From Paraspadella gotoi (lineage: Eukaryota; Animalia; Chaetognatha), in the NCBI GenBank assembly GCA_051294375.1, contig CM119269.1, positions 21,623,665 to 21,687,664 of the forward strand: DNA of 64,000 bases, read 5' to 3'. The notes beneath the pieces were generated by a model. That model ran no database searches. It was not told the DNA's origin and saw only the letters and a list, made by a program, of their open reading frames with translations. The position numbers and the translations under genes were made by a program. Positions within the stretch are counted from its first letter, which is position 1. Each line of letters opens with the position of its first letter. This document shows positions 13,901 through 28,300 of this stretch, piece by piece.

Positions 13901-16900
13901 GGTCAGCTCCGGCAGCGTCGAGGGCAACGCGGAAGCGATTCCTCGGCACGGTTTCGGGATCAAGACAATAGACCCACGATCGATATGCAAACCCGAAGCG
14001 TAAGTCGCAAAAGATAAGAAGTTTGAACGATTTGAGTCTCTCGCTCTGACAAATTTTATTCACGGCTTTTCATTACAGCGTGAGTACAGGGTGATAATTT
14101 AAAATGAGTCCGCTGAAAAATGATTGTAGTCCTAATGAATTATAAAAATTTTATTTTTTTGCCTTCATGGAAATCATATTTTTAGCGGCAATTTAAAATT
14201 TTATCCTTGTTTCATATTTAAAATATATAAATAGATTTATATTAAATCATTAAAAAATATTAAAAATTAAATTTATATTTTACCAAACTTTTATATTTTT
14301 ACTATTACATTAGTCTTGGATGATTAACGGAGCGAAACATATTGCAGAATATATCTGTAAATTCAATTTGTGGAATTTTGGGCAACCATTTTATCGAGTC
14401 GTCAATGTAGGGCAGGCATGCGTTTCACTAGGATTTCTCGTAGTCTGTCTTTTAGACTCTTAATGTCGTCTACCAACAACATTCGCAAGTTGCTTTCCGT
14501 TTAAACGCAAAGAAAAAGCTGTCGTCGGGCGTTCTGAGTCATTTACATTTTAAGCTAAATTCATAAATATAATATATATATCTAGAACAAAAACTGTTAA
14601 TAATGGCCAAAACGCAGACACCTAGGTCAAAGCTTTCAAACTACCAAAAAAAAACACAACACTTTTTCCAGTTTTTGGATCATTTAGTGTGAAAACATCA
14701 GAAATTGAGAGTAAGTTTAAACATCAATGTTGTAAGTAGTGAATAATATCAGTCATTGCACAATATTAATTTCGTCGGGGTCTTTGATTAACTAGAATCA
14801 ACTTCTGAAAAATATTAAATTTTAGGAATTTGATTTCCGCTACAATTCTGCTTTGTTACAAAAAATAATTAAAACTTGTTAAAATACACATAAATTCCAG
14901 GAAGGTCGAAAAAAGTCAACCTTATTGACTGAGAATCAATTTCTTCACTTTCAAATGTTTTTTTTCTTATTCACTCTGTCGCTTTCTTAGAATTCTTGGA
15001 TTGCTCGTCTTAGATATTCTAGAATGTAGATTGTCGTAATAATCATGTGATTGCTGCTCGAATTGGTGCATTGATTAATGCTCGATCTAGATTTATTGCT
15101 TTTGCTTGTTTTGCTTGTTTGCTGAAATAAAATGATGATGTATATTGTTAAAAAACGTAGAAAGAATGAGGTAAGTTGATTGATTGATCGATTGGAACCC
15201 GGTGATTGATCAATTTGGCACGCTCTGCCACCTCACATTTAACTCATCACGGCTTTATCCTATTCTTCTCTCCGCTTTTTTCCTCTTTTTCTCCCCTTTA
15301 ATCGCTTTTTTCTACGCATATCCATAACTTAATGTCTTTTGGTCTAACGCCATACATAATACTAATGTATTTTGGTCTACGCAATACTCTCACAACCGTA
15401 ATCGTATTACTACATTTTCCTCTCTTTTTATGTTTTTCGTGATATTTTTTTAATTCTATCGTGTTGTTGTTGTGGCGCTTCCGTATTTTTTTTCTTTATT
15501 TTCCCATAATTATTATTACTTTCCGTAACAAAACGGGATGAAAACAATGCGATTCCTTGCTTTTTATTTATAAAATCTCAATAACAAAAAAAACAACTAA
15601 CTCTCTTCTTTCGTCTCTTTTTTTTTTCTTATAATTTCATTGCATTCGTAATAAACTTTCCAGATCCTTTTTTTACATGTATTAATAAACGAACAAATCT
15701 AATCTTTTCCTCTTAAGTTCTTAATGCTTCTTATGACGACCGACAAATCCAGACCAATTTGTACCCAGCTCTGACCTTCTTCCATCAACGCCCAACCCTC
15801 CATCTCCAACCAATTTTCTCTTTTCGATTCCCGACATCAAAGATCGAAAGCAGGAGGAGGGAGGAGGAGGAGAGAGGAGAGGAGAAATGAGAAGAAGCGA
15901 TCGCTTCTCGAAAACCAATATACGACGACGAACGACGACGACACGAGCCGACGAGACGACGACGATTCGCGTCTCGAAAAATTAAGGAAAATCGAAAAAA
16001 AGGCTTCCAAAAAATTTTCCCCCGGGGGAAAAGAAAAAAAATGGGGGAAAAGTTTCCCCCGGAAAAAGTCTCAAGGAGCGAAAGATCGGAAAAAAACGAG
16101 TCAAAGAGAAAACATCCGAAAAACGAAGAGAAGAAGAAGCAAGGAGTCGAAGGACGCCAGGAATGAGAGGAGCGAGCAGCGGTGGAGGGGACGCGGCTGC
16201 GGCTTCGGCAGTAGCGAGGAACGCGGCTCTGCCGTTGCGAAAGCGCGCGTCCCGGCGCTCCGTAACAGCGCTGCGCGGGGAAGAAAAATGAGAAACCAGA
16301 CGGAAGCGAATCAATGATCGAATCTTCTTTCAAAAATCGTCGCAGCTTTCGATCCTTTTTCTGTCCAGAGGATCCAAGTCGAATCTAAGCGTCGACCGAT
16401 CGAGAATTTGAGCGCCGATCTAAACGAGGTCCACGCCACCCGCGCCGATCCGGCCCATGTTGGCTTCCGTTGCTCGATGGGTCATGGATTCTTCACGAAT
16501 CTCCAACGAATTTTCCTCTTCGACACGATCACGTCGTCTTCACGGTGAGCGACGAACTCACCCGAACGAAAAGATAGCGGCGCCGAAATCGCGTGATCGA
16601 TGACGCCGCCGCTTCATCGGACGTCAACGCCACTTTCGATCTTTGCCGAGCGGTCTACTTCCGACTCAACTCTCTCCTCCGACAAAAACTAACAAGATAC
16701 ACGACGCACGACGACGACGACGACCGACAGAGATGATGATTAGATACTTTTGTCATCATCGACTACACGGTGTCGATGAAAGACGAATCAAAATCACTTC
16801 CGGTGACGCCGACTCCTTTGGATGGCAATCCCAGACGCCGAAAACCTATAAAGCCCAACGAAATCCGAGGATTTATCCGGAATCAGTTGCCGGAAAAACC

Positions 16901-19900
16901 GGCGCTTTTGCGAAACCGAATTGCCGTTTCGGAAGTGAGGTGAAGACGTCTTCCGGGGAACTCTGCGGCCGGATCCATCGGACCTCAGTCTCAATCGCGC
17001 TTCGCCACTTACGACGACCTGCTTCGATAGATCGACCGACTTCCTCGCGGCGGCGGCGGCGGCAGCGGCAGCGGCGACACCAGCCAAGCACCGCGTCACC
17101 TTCGGCTCCGTCTCTCAAAAAGTCTCCTTCCGCGCTTCGCCGCCGCCGCTGCCCGCCGCTGCTGGGCGGCTTCGTCTCCATCCGAACTGGCCGAGCCGTT
17201 CCTTCGCGATCTCCCGCGATGGATCCGTCGAGCTCGTTTGTTCCACGCCTCGTCGAAGGGGGAAGACGGCGCAGCCGAAAGAGGGGATGTGGACAAGATG
17301 TTGCGGCGTTCGTGATGCGGAGAGCCGGCGTCGATTGTCGGCGATGAAGGAGGAAGAGGAGGAAGGGCGAGAAGTGGAGGGGTTGTCGGGGAGAGGAAGA
17401 GGAAGGGGGTGAGGAGTGAAGGAAATGTCGGGCGGAGAGACGAGACCCGTCCAAACTAATAGAACTGACAATCGATTTTGATAAACTGAAAAAGGATGGC
17501 GCTTGGACGAAAGAAACTCCCCAACTCTCCGCCCGACAAATCCCGTCAAGATGCAAGACATCTTCCCTCCGCAAGGACAAAACACCTCCAACAGTCGTCG
17601 ACGACTCTCGATCCAAACGACTCCAACATCTTCGTCGCCGATTCCTCTCGATGCTCATCGATCAACAAACGCCTTCCCTCGATTTACGATTTCGGAGAAA
17701 AAGCCAACAAGAAAAGAAGAAAGAGAGAAAAGAAGAAGCCTTGGCGACGAAGCGTTGGACCCTTCCGATCCACCCTTTAACGCGGAACGAAACGCCGTCT
17801 CCTCCCTCCACCGTCTCCCCCCTCACCTGACAAATCTCTTGCTTCGTCCTCTCTCTCTCCCAAACTTTTCTCTTCCTGCGAAAACCACAAGAGAAATGGA
17901 TTTTTCTCCTCCCAACCCGTGCTCCCTTCTTCTCCGAAAACGTCTCGTCACTACTGTCTCTATCAAGGCGTCGCCGAATCTCGCCAAAGCTCTCTAAGCC
18001 GGCTCTGTCCTCTGCTTCCTCTTACTATTTCCGTGCTCGAGCTCGTTCTTTCTCATCGGTTTCCAATTTTGCCTTTCTCATCCCTTCATTCTATTTCACA
18101 TCTCCCTCATCTTTTTCTTTTCCTCCACATCATTTCTCTTTTTCATCCACCATCTTCCTTTCTCAATCTTTCATCTGCTCTACCCTGTATCGTCGCGCGT
18201 TCCTCACTCGTGTACTACACCCGACCCTCACCCAAATCACCCACCTCCTTTCCTACTCACACCGCCCACGTGTCCCCCGCGTGTTTTCTCCTCATCCGCT
18301 TTCCTCTTTCCTCCTTCTCCTCCTCCTTCCTCCATCTCTTCTCTCCTCCCCAACTTCTCCCTCCCAGCCTCGTTTGGCCAGCATCCGCTGCTCACATCAA
18401 CGGAGATCGACTCGTTGTCAGGAACCCGCACAATTCGACCCATCTACGCCGGCACAGGTTTTTTTTTAATAGTTGTTAAATTTGGTATCATTAACTATTG
18501 TTAGTTGTTTTTTTTTAGTTTCTTAAGTATTTTATCGCTTTTAGTTTAGAAATTTATATCTTCGTTTGTTTTTTTGTATTTTGTTTCTTTTTAATTTTTT
18601 TCTTTGTGTTTTTTTTTTTGTTAATTTTTTTTTAACTTTGTTGTAGATTTTTATGTTTTAACTTTATTCTTTCTTTTTATCTATTTTTTCCATTTTTGGT
18701 TATTTTGTGTTCTTTGTTCTTTTTGGTTAAATTTTCATTTTTCAGGATTAGGATATTAATATAATGTTAGATAATGAAATATTAATTCAACTTTTTTCTT
18801 GTTCTTTCATTCTTCTATTTTAAGTAAATCATAGGTTTACCATTTCAATATTTCATTTAAACCTATTTCTTATCAAATCCACCTCTCTATCGTAACGAGG
18901 TTAACGGGTGCGACAAACGTCAAACCTGCATTTTTTCGGTTAAAATTGAAAACCGAAGATTTGAAGAAGAAAGTTGACGATATGAAAGACATTCACGTGG
19001 CTTATAGTGAAGAAGTATCGCATAAGACCGATTCAAATCAGGCGCAGAGATATGATGACCGCCGTACAGAATACCAGTAGAGGTATACAACATACCCATA
19101 AATACGGTTTCTCTATTACTATTAAGATAGTTTGACTGAGTCTTGAATAAAAATCCATTCAAAACTGATTAGACCTGTTTTAACTAAAATTCTCGAGGCT
19201 GAATGTATTGAATTTTAATAAAAATTTAAGGTTGACAGAAATTTCTTTTTACTTACTTTTAGCTTTTTTTTCACCTACAGTTTTGCTTAATGTTTTACTC
19301 AGAATATAGTATAAAACACTTTAAAGTTCTCCTCACTAATTTTTTGACAATATGACATTTTACGCAATCATTGTAACCCTCATTCAGACATCAGGCAAAG
19401 CGCGAAGGTGATCAACTCTTGAAGATCTTCAAGCGCGATGCATCTCACTGGCGGCTCCAACGACTTCAATTCCCAAGTTCCATCGTCGCCTTCACAACGA
19501 CATGAACCAAAGGTCTTCAAGAGCTCGTCAGAAGTGTCATTAATTTTTTAAGTTATTGAGTTAAGTGTTAACTAGTTAAGTGTTCATCCCTTACAAGATC
19601 ATAACAATAGTAAAAGATGAACCCTCACTCTCGTCCGTTTATTAACGTACAGAGACATTGCTTTCTATCAATGTATCAATTTGTTAAATATGTTTTAAAG
19701 AGTGTTTTAATTGTATGAAAAGGGCCACTCCTAGCGGTTAACATTGGTTAAGAACATTTTTTAAAACTTTTTCCATGCTTACAAGAAAGATTGGAGATAA
19801 AAATTAATTATATTTGCTCTCGATAAAAAAAAATAATTTTCCAGTCAATATAGGTTTCTTTACTTTTATTATGAGAAGTTCTTAAAATAGACGCAGCATC

Positions 19901-20298
19901 CTTTCAATTAAGGACACTTCAGATCTCGATCATTTTAAACATGTTTATTTTCCCCATCGCATTCCAAAGCTTTTTTTCCTTCAATTCTTCTTTTCTCCTT
20001 TTGTTTCGCGTCGTTCGACCGCGAAATCCTTTTGTCCTATTATTCATTGTCAACTCGCTTTCCCTTTTGTCATTTTCTGAGGGGGACAGGAGGGGACCAA
20101 GCGCAAAATTGTTGGCATAATACTGGTTTGTCTTTTGCTTGTTTAGAAGATAAATTTTCTATTATGCAGTTTAATTATGGCCGCTATTCGTTTTTTTAAA
20201 CACGTTTGTTGCTACGAATATCAATTATCAATGATTTAATAAATTGTACCAAAAGCACATGGGACAAATAAAAGAAAACAGTCAATACAAACCTTGTA
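10135..20298 (+). repeat. Copy B of the repeated locus; 11612-20298 apparently identical to 1-8687
   Basis: Same sequence and same indels as copy A. 10135-11611 matches 22670-24143 ('gataaacaaaaagct..gatcgccttagaaaacatc'). Confidence 0.95.
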
Positions 20299-20476
20299 TT
20301 TATGGCGCGATACGTAAGATTCCGCGAGCAGCTTCCTCGTTGTGCGTGCAATTCTGCGCAGTGCGTAAAATGTATTTGGCGAAAAAAAAGGGAAAAAAAG
20401 ACGACGTAAAAATCTTTGAGCTTTTCTTTTCCTCCAAAGGGTTAATGTGTTGAGCCAAACATTCAAGACTTTTTTT

Positions 20477-20494
<18 letters not shown>

Positions 20495-20518
<24 letters not shown>

Positions 20519-21617
20519 CACTCTCTCTCTCTCTCTCACTCTTCTCTCTCTCTCTCTCTCTCTCCCTCTCTCTCTCTCGCTCCCTCTCCCTCTCTCTTTC
20601 TCTTTCATCTCTCTCTCATCCCTCTCTTTTTCAATTCAGAGGACGAGCAGAGAGAGAGAGAGGAGGAGCAGAGAGAAGGAGGAGAAGAGAGAGAGGAGAG
20701 AGAGAGAGAGAGCAGAGAGAGCAGAGAGAGAGAGAGGCAAGAGAAGAGAGCCGAGAGAAAAAAAGTCTGCATGTTGGCCTCAACACATTTAACCCTTTGG
20801 AGGGAAAAGAAAAGCTCAAAGATTTTTACGTCGCTTCTTTTTTTCCCTTTTTTTTTCGCCAAATAGCATTTACGCGATCTGCGCAGAATTCCACGCACAA
20901 CGAGGAAGCTCGCTCGCGAATCTTTACTCGTGTATCGCGCCATAAAATGGAGTTTCTGATTGAGTGCATTGCTGGAGCGAAGAGACTGAGATGAGAGAGA
21001 ATGAGAGCAAGAGAGAGAGAGAGAGCGAGAAGGTATAGAGAGGGCGAAGAGACGCGTGAATACGAGAGGAGAGACGAGAGGAATCTAGGTAATCGTCACA
21101 TTCATACATTCAAAAAGAGAGATGAAAAGAGCACAGTGGGGATAAAGAGATGAGAAAAATACAAAAGTCTCAAAGAGAGAAGAGAGAGAGAAGACAGAGA
21201 CAGAAGGACACACACACACACATTAGGCAGATCATCCTCTTCCTTGTTGCCAGTGGCATTTTCTTTGAACAAATTCGCTTTCATAACCGAAGTAGAGGGC
21301 GCCTTCATGACCTCACCTTCAGCGCACGTCCGTGGATCTTATGTTCTCCACGAGTCTCATCCTTTCTTTCTTTCTCTCTCACCCTTCCCATTCGTGAGAA
21401 GATAAAGATGATATAGCATTGAAGTTGAATAGGGCGAGAGAGAGAGGGCGGAGAGAGAGAGAAAGAGAGAGAGAACAGATAGACAGAAAGACAGAGAGAA
21501 AGCAGCCCACAGTACAGACACAATATTAAAACCACAATGGTGTTGACGCACATCACAACTGGAAACTGAGATAATGGCAAAAAATAGGAAATGACAAACC
21601 AAACATTCGGCCCCCAC

Positions 21618-21654
<37 letters not shown>

Positions 21655-22017
21655 CTTCTCGTCTCTCTCTCTTCTCTCTCATCTCTCTCGCTCTCTGTCT
21701 CTCTAATCTCTGCTCTCACTCTATCTCACTTTCGTTCATTCTAGTCTGTTCGACTCACCAAGCCGCCAACCGGCGGAGAACATAAAAAAGTATGAGGAAG
21801 AAATTAAAATAGATAAACACCAAAATAAAAAGCAGAAAGAAAGAAAGAGAAGGAGGAGAAGAGAAAAGAGAAAAAGAAGAGAAGAAAAGAGAAGAAGAAA
21901 GAAAGGGAAAGAAAAAGAAGAGAGTAATGAGATGAGAAAGGCGTTTGCAGATAAAAAAAGAGAATGGTGAGCGAGGGATATACTCTGGAATGGCGGCGAC
22001 TGATGCTGGGGGGGGGC
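20495..22017 (-). repeat. Inverted copy of 8688-10135
   Basis: 'attccagagtata...ctgcaaacgcc' (8711-8761) reappears as 'ggcgtttgcag...tatactctggaat' (21940-21991). 'gctcgtcctctgaattgaaaaagagaggga' (9991) reappears reverse-complemented at ~20619-20648. Confidence 0.9.
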
Positions 22018-23280
22018 ACGGCGTAATAACGTCACAAACAAATATCTCACAAACAAGAATTTTCTCTTTGCATTTCAAAATGGACAGGAGAAAGGAGAGA
22101 GAGGGTTGGAGGGAGCAAAGGGGTGGAGGGGCGTGCCAAGTTGCGAGTGGCAAGCGGTGGAGATGGAAGGTGAGAGGAGGAGAAGGTGGAGGGGAGCAGA
22201 GGGCGTCGAGGCTGGCAGAGGGTTGAGGGGGAGGGGTGGCAAGGGTGGAGCTGGCGGGTGGAGTGGAAAGGGTGGAGATGGCAAGGGTGGAGGAGGAAAG
22301 GGTGGAGGAGCAAGGTGTGAGGTGGGCGGGAAGGGGGAGGAGGAGAAGTTGAGTTGGAGTGGCAGGTGCGATGTGCATCTGGGGAGGAAAGCGGTGGAGC
22401 TGCAAGGTGGAGAGGAAAGGTGCGAGCTGCAAGGGTGGAGGGGCCCAAAGGGTGGAGGAAGGCTGGGAGGGATGAGGGGAAATGGGATGGATGGAGTAGG
22501 AACAACAACGTCGGGGCGAAAATAATAATGAAAACTGACAGATTTCTCCAAGATATTGAAGAGAAGAGGATGGGTGCGGGCTGGAGCGTGAAGAGATGAG
22601 GGAAAGTTTTAAAGAGATACTCTCTCATGTNNNNNNNNNNNNNNNNNNNNNNNNNTGAGAGAGAGAGAGAGAGATAAACAAAAAGCTTGATCGCCTTAGA
22701 AAACATCGGCTCAAAAAAAAAGTGGATGTGTCTACTGTGTACTATTGGAAGAGGAAGGGATCTTTGGATACTGGATGGAAGCGTGGGGAATGATTATTGG
22801 GCTTTGTGGGCAATAGGGTGGGCTATGGCGTGGGCAATGGGGTAGGCGTGGTCGGGAAGAAGAACCGAGAAATAAAAACTGTGTGGAAGAAAACAGTGGG
22901 AAAAAAAATAAAAGAAAGTGTTATGGTAGGAGAGGGAAATTAAAGAGATGATGAAAGGTGAAGATAGAAGATGAAGAAAGAGAGATGGGACAAGGGTGCT
23001 AGGATAAAGAAATATAAAGGAAGGGACTAGGAGATAAGGGGAAAATTGAAAAGAGAAAGATAGAAAAATAAATTGACTAAGGTGCTATGAAAAGAAAACA
23101 AGTAACAGAAAAGAGTGTGAGAAAAAGAAAATAGAAATATTGAGAAAATAAACATTAAAAAAAAATAAAAGAAAGGGGAAAGGTGTAGATATAAGAAGAC
23201 ACCGCATTAGATGAGGAAGAAAGAGAAACGAGTGAGAGAGAGAGAGGGAAAAGAGAGAGAAGAGAGAGAGAGAGAGAGGA

Positions 23281-23312
<32 letters not shown>

Positions 23313-23468
23313 AGATAGAGAGAGAGAGGAGAGGAACGACAGCGGAAAAAAGTGAAGCGAAATTAGGGCAAAGAATGGAAGGGCAGTCAAAGCTGAGCAG
23401 GGGAAAAGAAACGATTTCGCGTTAAAGCCTTCAGTGAAATTCCGGTGGAAGAGAGAGAGAGAGGAGAG

Positions 23469-23508
<40 letters not shown>

Positions 23509-23640
23509 GTGTCGCGATCAAGAGCTTTGAATTTTGAATAAAGGGAGGAGCCGAAACAAATATTTTCGGCACCAAGCTACAAATGGAATATCGAGTGCTT
23601 GGTATTTTAGATCTTTTTTTTTCTCTAATGCTTGTTCAAG

Positions 23641-24063
23641 CTTGGTACGTGAGGTTGGTATTGGTGTTTGCGATACAGACGGTTTAACCAGTCTGTTCAA
23701 ACGCAGGTATTCTTTGAAAATATATCGACGCGTCTCAGATTGTACCATTGTTGATTTTGGTTGCCTTAAAGGTTCCAAACCCATCGTATCCGCAGCTCTC
23801 TGCTGGTCTATTGCAGTCGTTCCAAGGCCATTGCATCGGCGGTTCTTGCAGTCCGGCAAGCCATCGACTTTCCGTATCGGCGCTCGATTCGTAATATTTC
23901 ATCCTGGATTCCGGCGCCGGATTCCGGAACCAAATTCGCCCTCGGCTACAAAAAAAAATGACGCATGCCGTTTTTTTCTCGCTCGCACACCTGGTTCCCC
24001 GTTTCGCCTTCGTGTGCAAGAGGACTATGCGCCGCCCTGCATACTTAGACGGTGACGTCGAAT
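23641..24063 (+). CDS. Probable coding exon, C-type-lectin-like (frameshifted by read noise; also at ~11109-11531)
   Basis: GC-richer block between 'gttcaag|' and '|gtagtt'. Hand-merging copies B and C gives C..GW...C...Y.DA.QNC...L.SL near the start and 'RFAFVCKR' near the end, resembling C-type lectin domain motifs. The reading depends on my indel corrections. Confidence 0.4.
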
Positions 24064-24211
24064 GTAGTTTGGATGATTGGAGTTCATTAATATCATTTGC
24101 ATATTGTCGTTTTTTGATTAAAAGTCTTGAGAAATTTCAAATGTTGGAAAGGTTTATTATTTGTTATTCGCCAATGATTATGTTTGTTATTTGTTGTTCG
24201 CATTGCAACAG

Positions 24212-24699
24212 CCGGGTTGCCTGTGATGCCCATTGGAATGGGGCATCTCACTGGCGCGGTTACCCAGGACAGTCTGGCTTTGCAAACGCAGAAGGAAGTC
24301 GTTAGGACTTTTGATAGAACACAACGCCTGACCCAATGGTATTGGCTGAACGATGGTGGATGTGAGGCGGTGTGAATATACCGCCACATTCGCTTCATAC
24401 CTGATACCAAAAAAACGCTTTCGTGCCATATTTGCCACCTCACAAGACGATATGGCAGTATCGGTAATCGCACTTCTGATATCGCCGGTAATCGCACTCT
24501 GATATCGCCATCCGTGGAACCAAGAGTTGCCAGGTATCACCCCCCCCCCCAATCCTGCTCCACCCCGACTTCCCGCCCACGACCGTTAAGCCCCCCCCCC
24601 CCATTGAGTATTGACCGATGGTTGCGGTTATATAAAGCGAAGCGGCGAGAGACCCTGGAATCGAATGGACCCAGGTGGGTTCGTTTTGGGGAGGTTAGG
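24212..24699 (+). CDS. Probable coding exon, kringle-like (noisy; also at ~69-512 and ~11680-12123)
   Basis: Acceptor 'gcaacag|', donor '|gtgagt'. Merged reading contains 'C.MPLEWGTHWRGY', 'CHPWNQ' and 'NRWCRYK...DPGPNGPRW', loosely like the kringle pattern C..G..YRG / C..W / NYCRNPD..GPWC. Confidence 0.3.
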
Positions 24700-24909
24700 G
24701 TGAGTTTCGCTTCATCAGAATTAATACTGAAGCTTTTAAATAAATGACAAAACGACGATCGAGTTCGATCAGAGAAATAATTTAAGGAAAATGATTGAAA
24801 GAATGCTGACTTGCTGAAGTGTCATATTTTTCTGTTCAGCTACCTCTCTTTCTTTCTTACTTTCTTTCTCTCTCTCTCTCTCTCACTTCTCTCCCTCTCC
24901 CTCTCTCTC

Positions 24910-24940
<31 letters not shown>

Positions 24941-25052
24941 ATTTCATATGGCCAAAGGGGAGGCAGACTCGGAGGTAATGGGGTGATGGATATTGGATGC
25001 ATATAGTAAGTCGCTCGAGGGCAACCGAAGAGAAATGGATTCTAGGTTATTT

Positions 25053-25123
<71 letters not shown>

Positions 25124-25262
25124 CACTCTCCACTCTCACTCTTCTGCTCTCTCGATGCCAACTGACAATCTTATACTTAGAAATATTGTTCACATTCGCA
25201 CAATTTAAAACTGGTGAATGATTAATATTCTACATGAGCCAACAATTTTTACTTAGAATCGC

Positions 25263-25330
<68 letters not shown>

Positions 25331-28300
25331 TTCTCTCTCTCTCTCTCTCTCTCTCATTCCCACCTCGCGTTGGTGATAAGCAGCACTCACTCACATCTCT
25401 AGTCACGTGATATAACCGACCCCAAATTACCAAATCTCCCTTCACACAAACGCCGCTTCCATTTTTCCACAAAAAAAGTTCCCCAATCTCCCGCAAGCAA
25501 TCTCCCCGCCAAGCAATCTGTCTTCGACCAAGCTCCGGCAAGCAGGCTCCGCAACCACCGCCGCATCAGCCGCAGCAGCGACAGCAGCAACAGCAGCACG
25601 ACAACAACGACAGCAGCAGCCCGACGCCGCCTCGTCGATCAGCGGCCGGGCCTCGCCGGAATCCCTCGTCGAGTTCGAGGACCGCCAGTTCAAACGCCGA
25701 CGCAGACGACGACGCCGTCTCCCGGCGTCAAAGTGACGCCGCCGACTCCGCCGGCTCAACCGACGCCGCGAATTCCACCGACGCAGCTCTCGTCTCAAAT
25801 GCCGACGTTGACAAGATCCGCTTCCCATTTGGAAAGAGGATCCTTGACTCAGAGGCCGATGGTACAAGGATATTGTCGTCGTGTAAGCCAATGACGAGAG
25901 GATCGAAAGACGATAACGATTACGATGATCCTGACGACGGAAGAACGCCGCACTCAGCCGTGCAGCAGCTCAAACCGCGCCGTGGCAAGGAACCCGTCAG
26001 CGCCGCCCAAGGCTGACCAGCGGGGCAGGGCCCGTGCCATGGCGGCCGCTAAGGCTATGGAGGAGGCGGCGGAGAAGGAGACGACGACGAATAATTTGAC
26101 CGCCTCCTCCGCGCGACGGGCGCCGCCGCCGCCCGCCGCCGCCGCCAAGGATACTTCTCCGCCCAAATCGCCGAAAGGCAGCGCCGCCGCGGCAGCGAGA
26201 GCCAGGGCGGCAAGCAGCAGTGGCGGCGGCGGAGGAGAAAAACTAAGGAAACGAAGACAGGAAATTAGGTCGGGCGGAATTCGTCCGGCGCCGCCGACCA
26301 CGCCGATTTCCCGGCACCGTCCTCGCCTTTACTCCGGCGTTTCCGGAGAGTCTCCTCGATTCACCCCAGCTTTCTCGGCGCAGGACTTCGGTTCGCCGGA
26401 AGATCCGGTCAAGATTTTTCGAAAATATCGCTAGTTTTGGTCAACGGGGATGTCAAGAGGCGGTGGAGGCGGCGGCGGAAGCGGTGGCGACGCCGACAGC
26501 ACGCCGGGGTCAGCTCCGGCAGCGCGAGGCAAACGGAAACAGATTCTCGGCAAGGTTTCGGGACTCAAGACAAATAGAACCACGATCGATATGCAACCGA
26601 AGCGTAAGTCGCAAAAGATAAAAAGTTGAACGATTTGAGTTCTCTCGCTCTGAACAAATTTATTCACGGCTTTTTATTACACGTGAGTACAGGGTGATAA
26701 TTTAAAATGAGTCGCCTGAAAAATGATTGTAGTCTATGAATTATAAAAAGTTTTATTTTTTTGCCTTCATGGAAATCATATTTTTAGCGGCAATTTTAAA
26801 TTTTATCCTTGTTTCATATTTAAAATTATATAAATAATTTATATTAATAATTAAAAAATATTAAAATTAAATTTATATTTTAAACTTTTATATTTTTTAC
26901 TATTACATTAAAGTCTTGGATGATTAACGGAGCGAGAACATATTGCAGAGATATATCTGTAATTCAATTTTGTGGAATTTTGGGCAACCAATTTTATCGA
27001 GTCCGTCATGTAGGGCAGGGCATGCGTTTCACTAGGATTTCTCGTAGTCTGTCTTTTAGACTCTTCGTCTACCAACAACATTCGCAAGTTGCTTTCCGTT
27101 TAACGCAGAACTGTCGCGGGCGTTCTGAGTCATTTACTTTTTAAGCTAAATTATAAATATATATATATATCTAGAAGCAAAACTGTTTAATGGCAAAACG
27201 CAGACCTAGGTCCAAAAGCTTTCAAACTAACCAGAAAAAAACACAACACTTTTCCAGTTTTGGATCATTTAGTGTGAAAACATCAGAAATTGAGAGTAAG
27301 TTTAAACATCAGTGTTGTAAGTATGTGAATAATATCACGTCATTGGCAATATTAATTTCGTCGTGGTCTTTTGATTAACTTAGAATCAACTTTGAAAAAA
27401 TATAAATTTAGGAATTTGATTTCGCTAGAATTTGCTTTTGTTACAAAAAATAATTAAAACTTGTAAAATACAAATTCAGGAAGTCGAAAAAAGTCACACT
27501 TATTCTGAGAATCAATTTCTTACTTTCAAATGTTTTTTTTTTTTCTTATTCACTCTGTCGCTTTCTTAGAATTCTTTGGATTGCTCGTCTTATATATTTC
27601 CTAGAATGTAGATTGTCGTAATAATATTGATTGCTTGCTTCGATTGGTGCATTGATTAATGGCTCGATCTAGATTTATTGCTTGTTGCTTGTTTGTGCTT
27701 GGTTTGCTGAATATAAATGATTGTATGATTGTTAAAAAACGTAGAAGAATGAGGTAATTGATTGATTGATTCGATTGGAACCCGGTGATTGATCAATTTG
27801 GCACGTCTCTGCAACCTCACATTTAACTCACTCACGCTTTATCCTCTTCTTCTCCGCCTTTTTCCCTCTTTTCTTCCCCTTTTAATCGCCTTTTTGTCTA
27901 CGCAATACCATAACTTAATGTCTTTTGGTCTACGCAATACCATAACTTAATGTATTTTTGTCTACGCAATACTCTCACAACCGTAATCGTATTACTACAT
28001 TTTCTCTCATTTTTATGTTTTCGTGATTATTTTTTTTATTCTATCGTGTGTGTTGTGCGCTTCCGTATTTTTTTTTTTATTTTCCCATAATTTTATTACT
28101 TATCCGTAACAAACGGGGATACAATGCGATTTCCTTGCTTTTTATTTTAAATAAAAATCTCAAATAACAAAAAAAAACAACTAACTCTCTTCTTTCTCTC
28201 TTTTTTTTTTCTTTATAATTTCATTGTCATTCGTAATAAACTTCCGATCTTTTTTTACATGTATTAAATAAACGAACAAATCTAATCTTTTCTCTTATAT

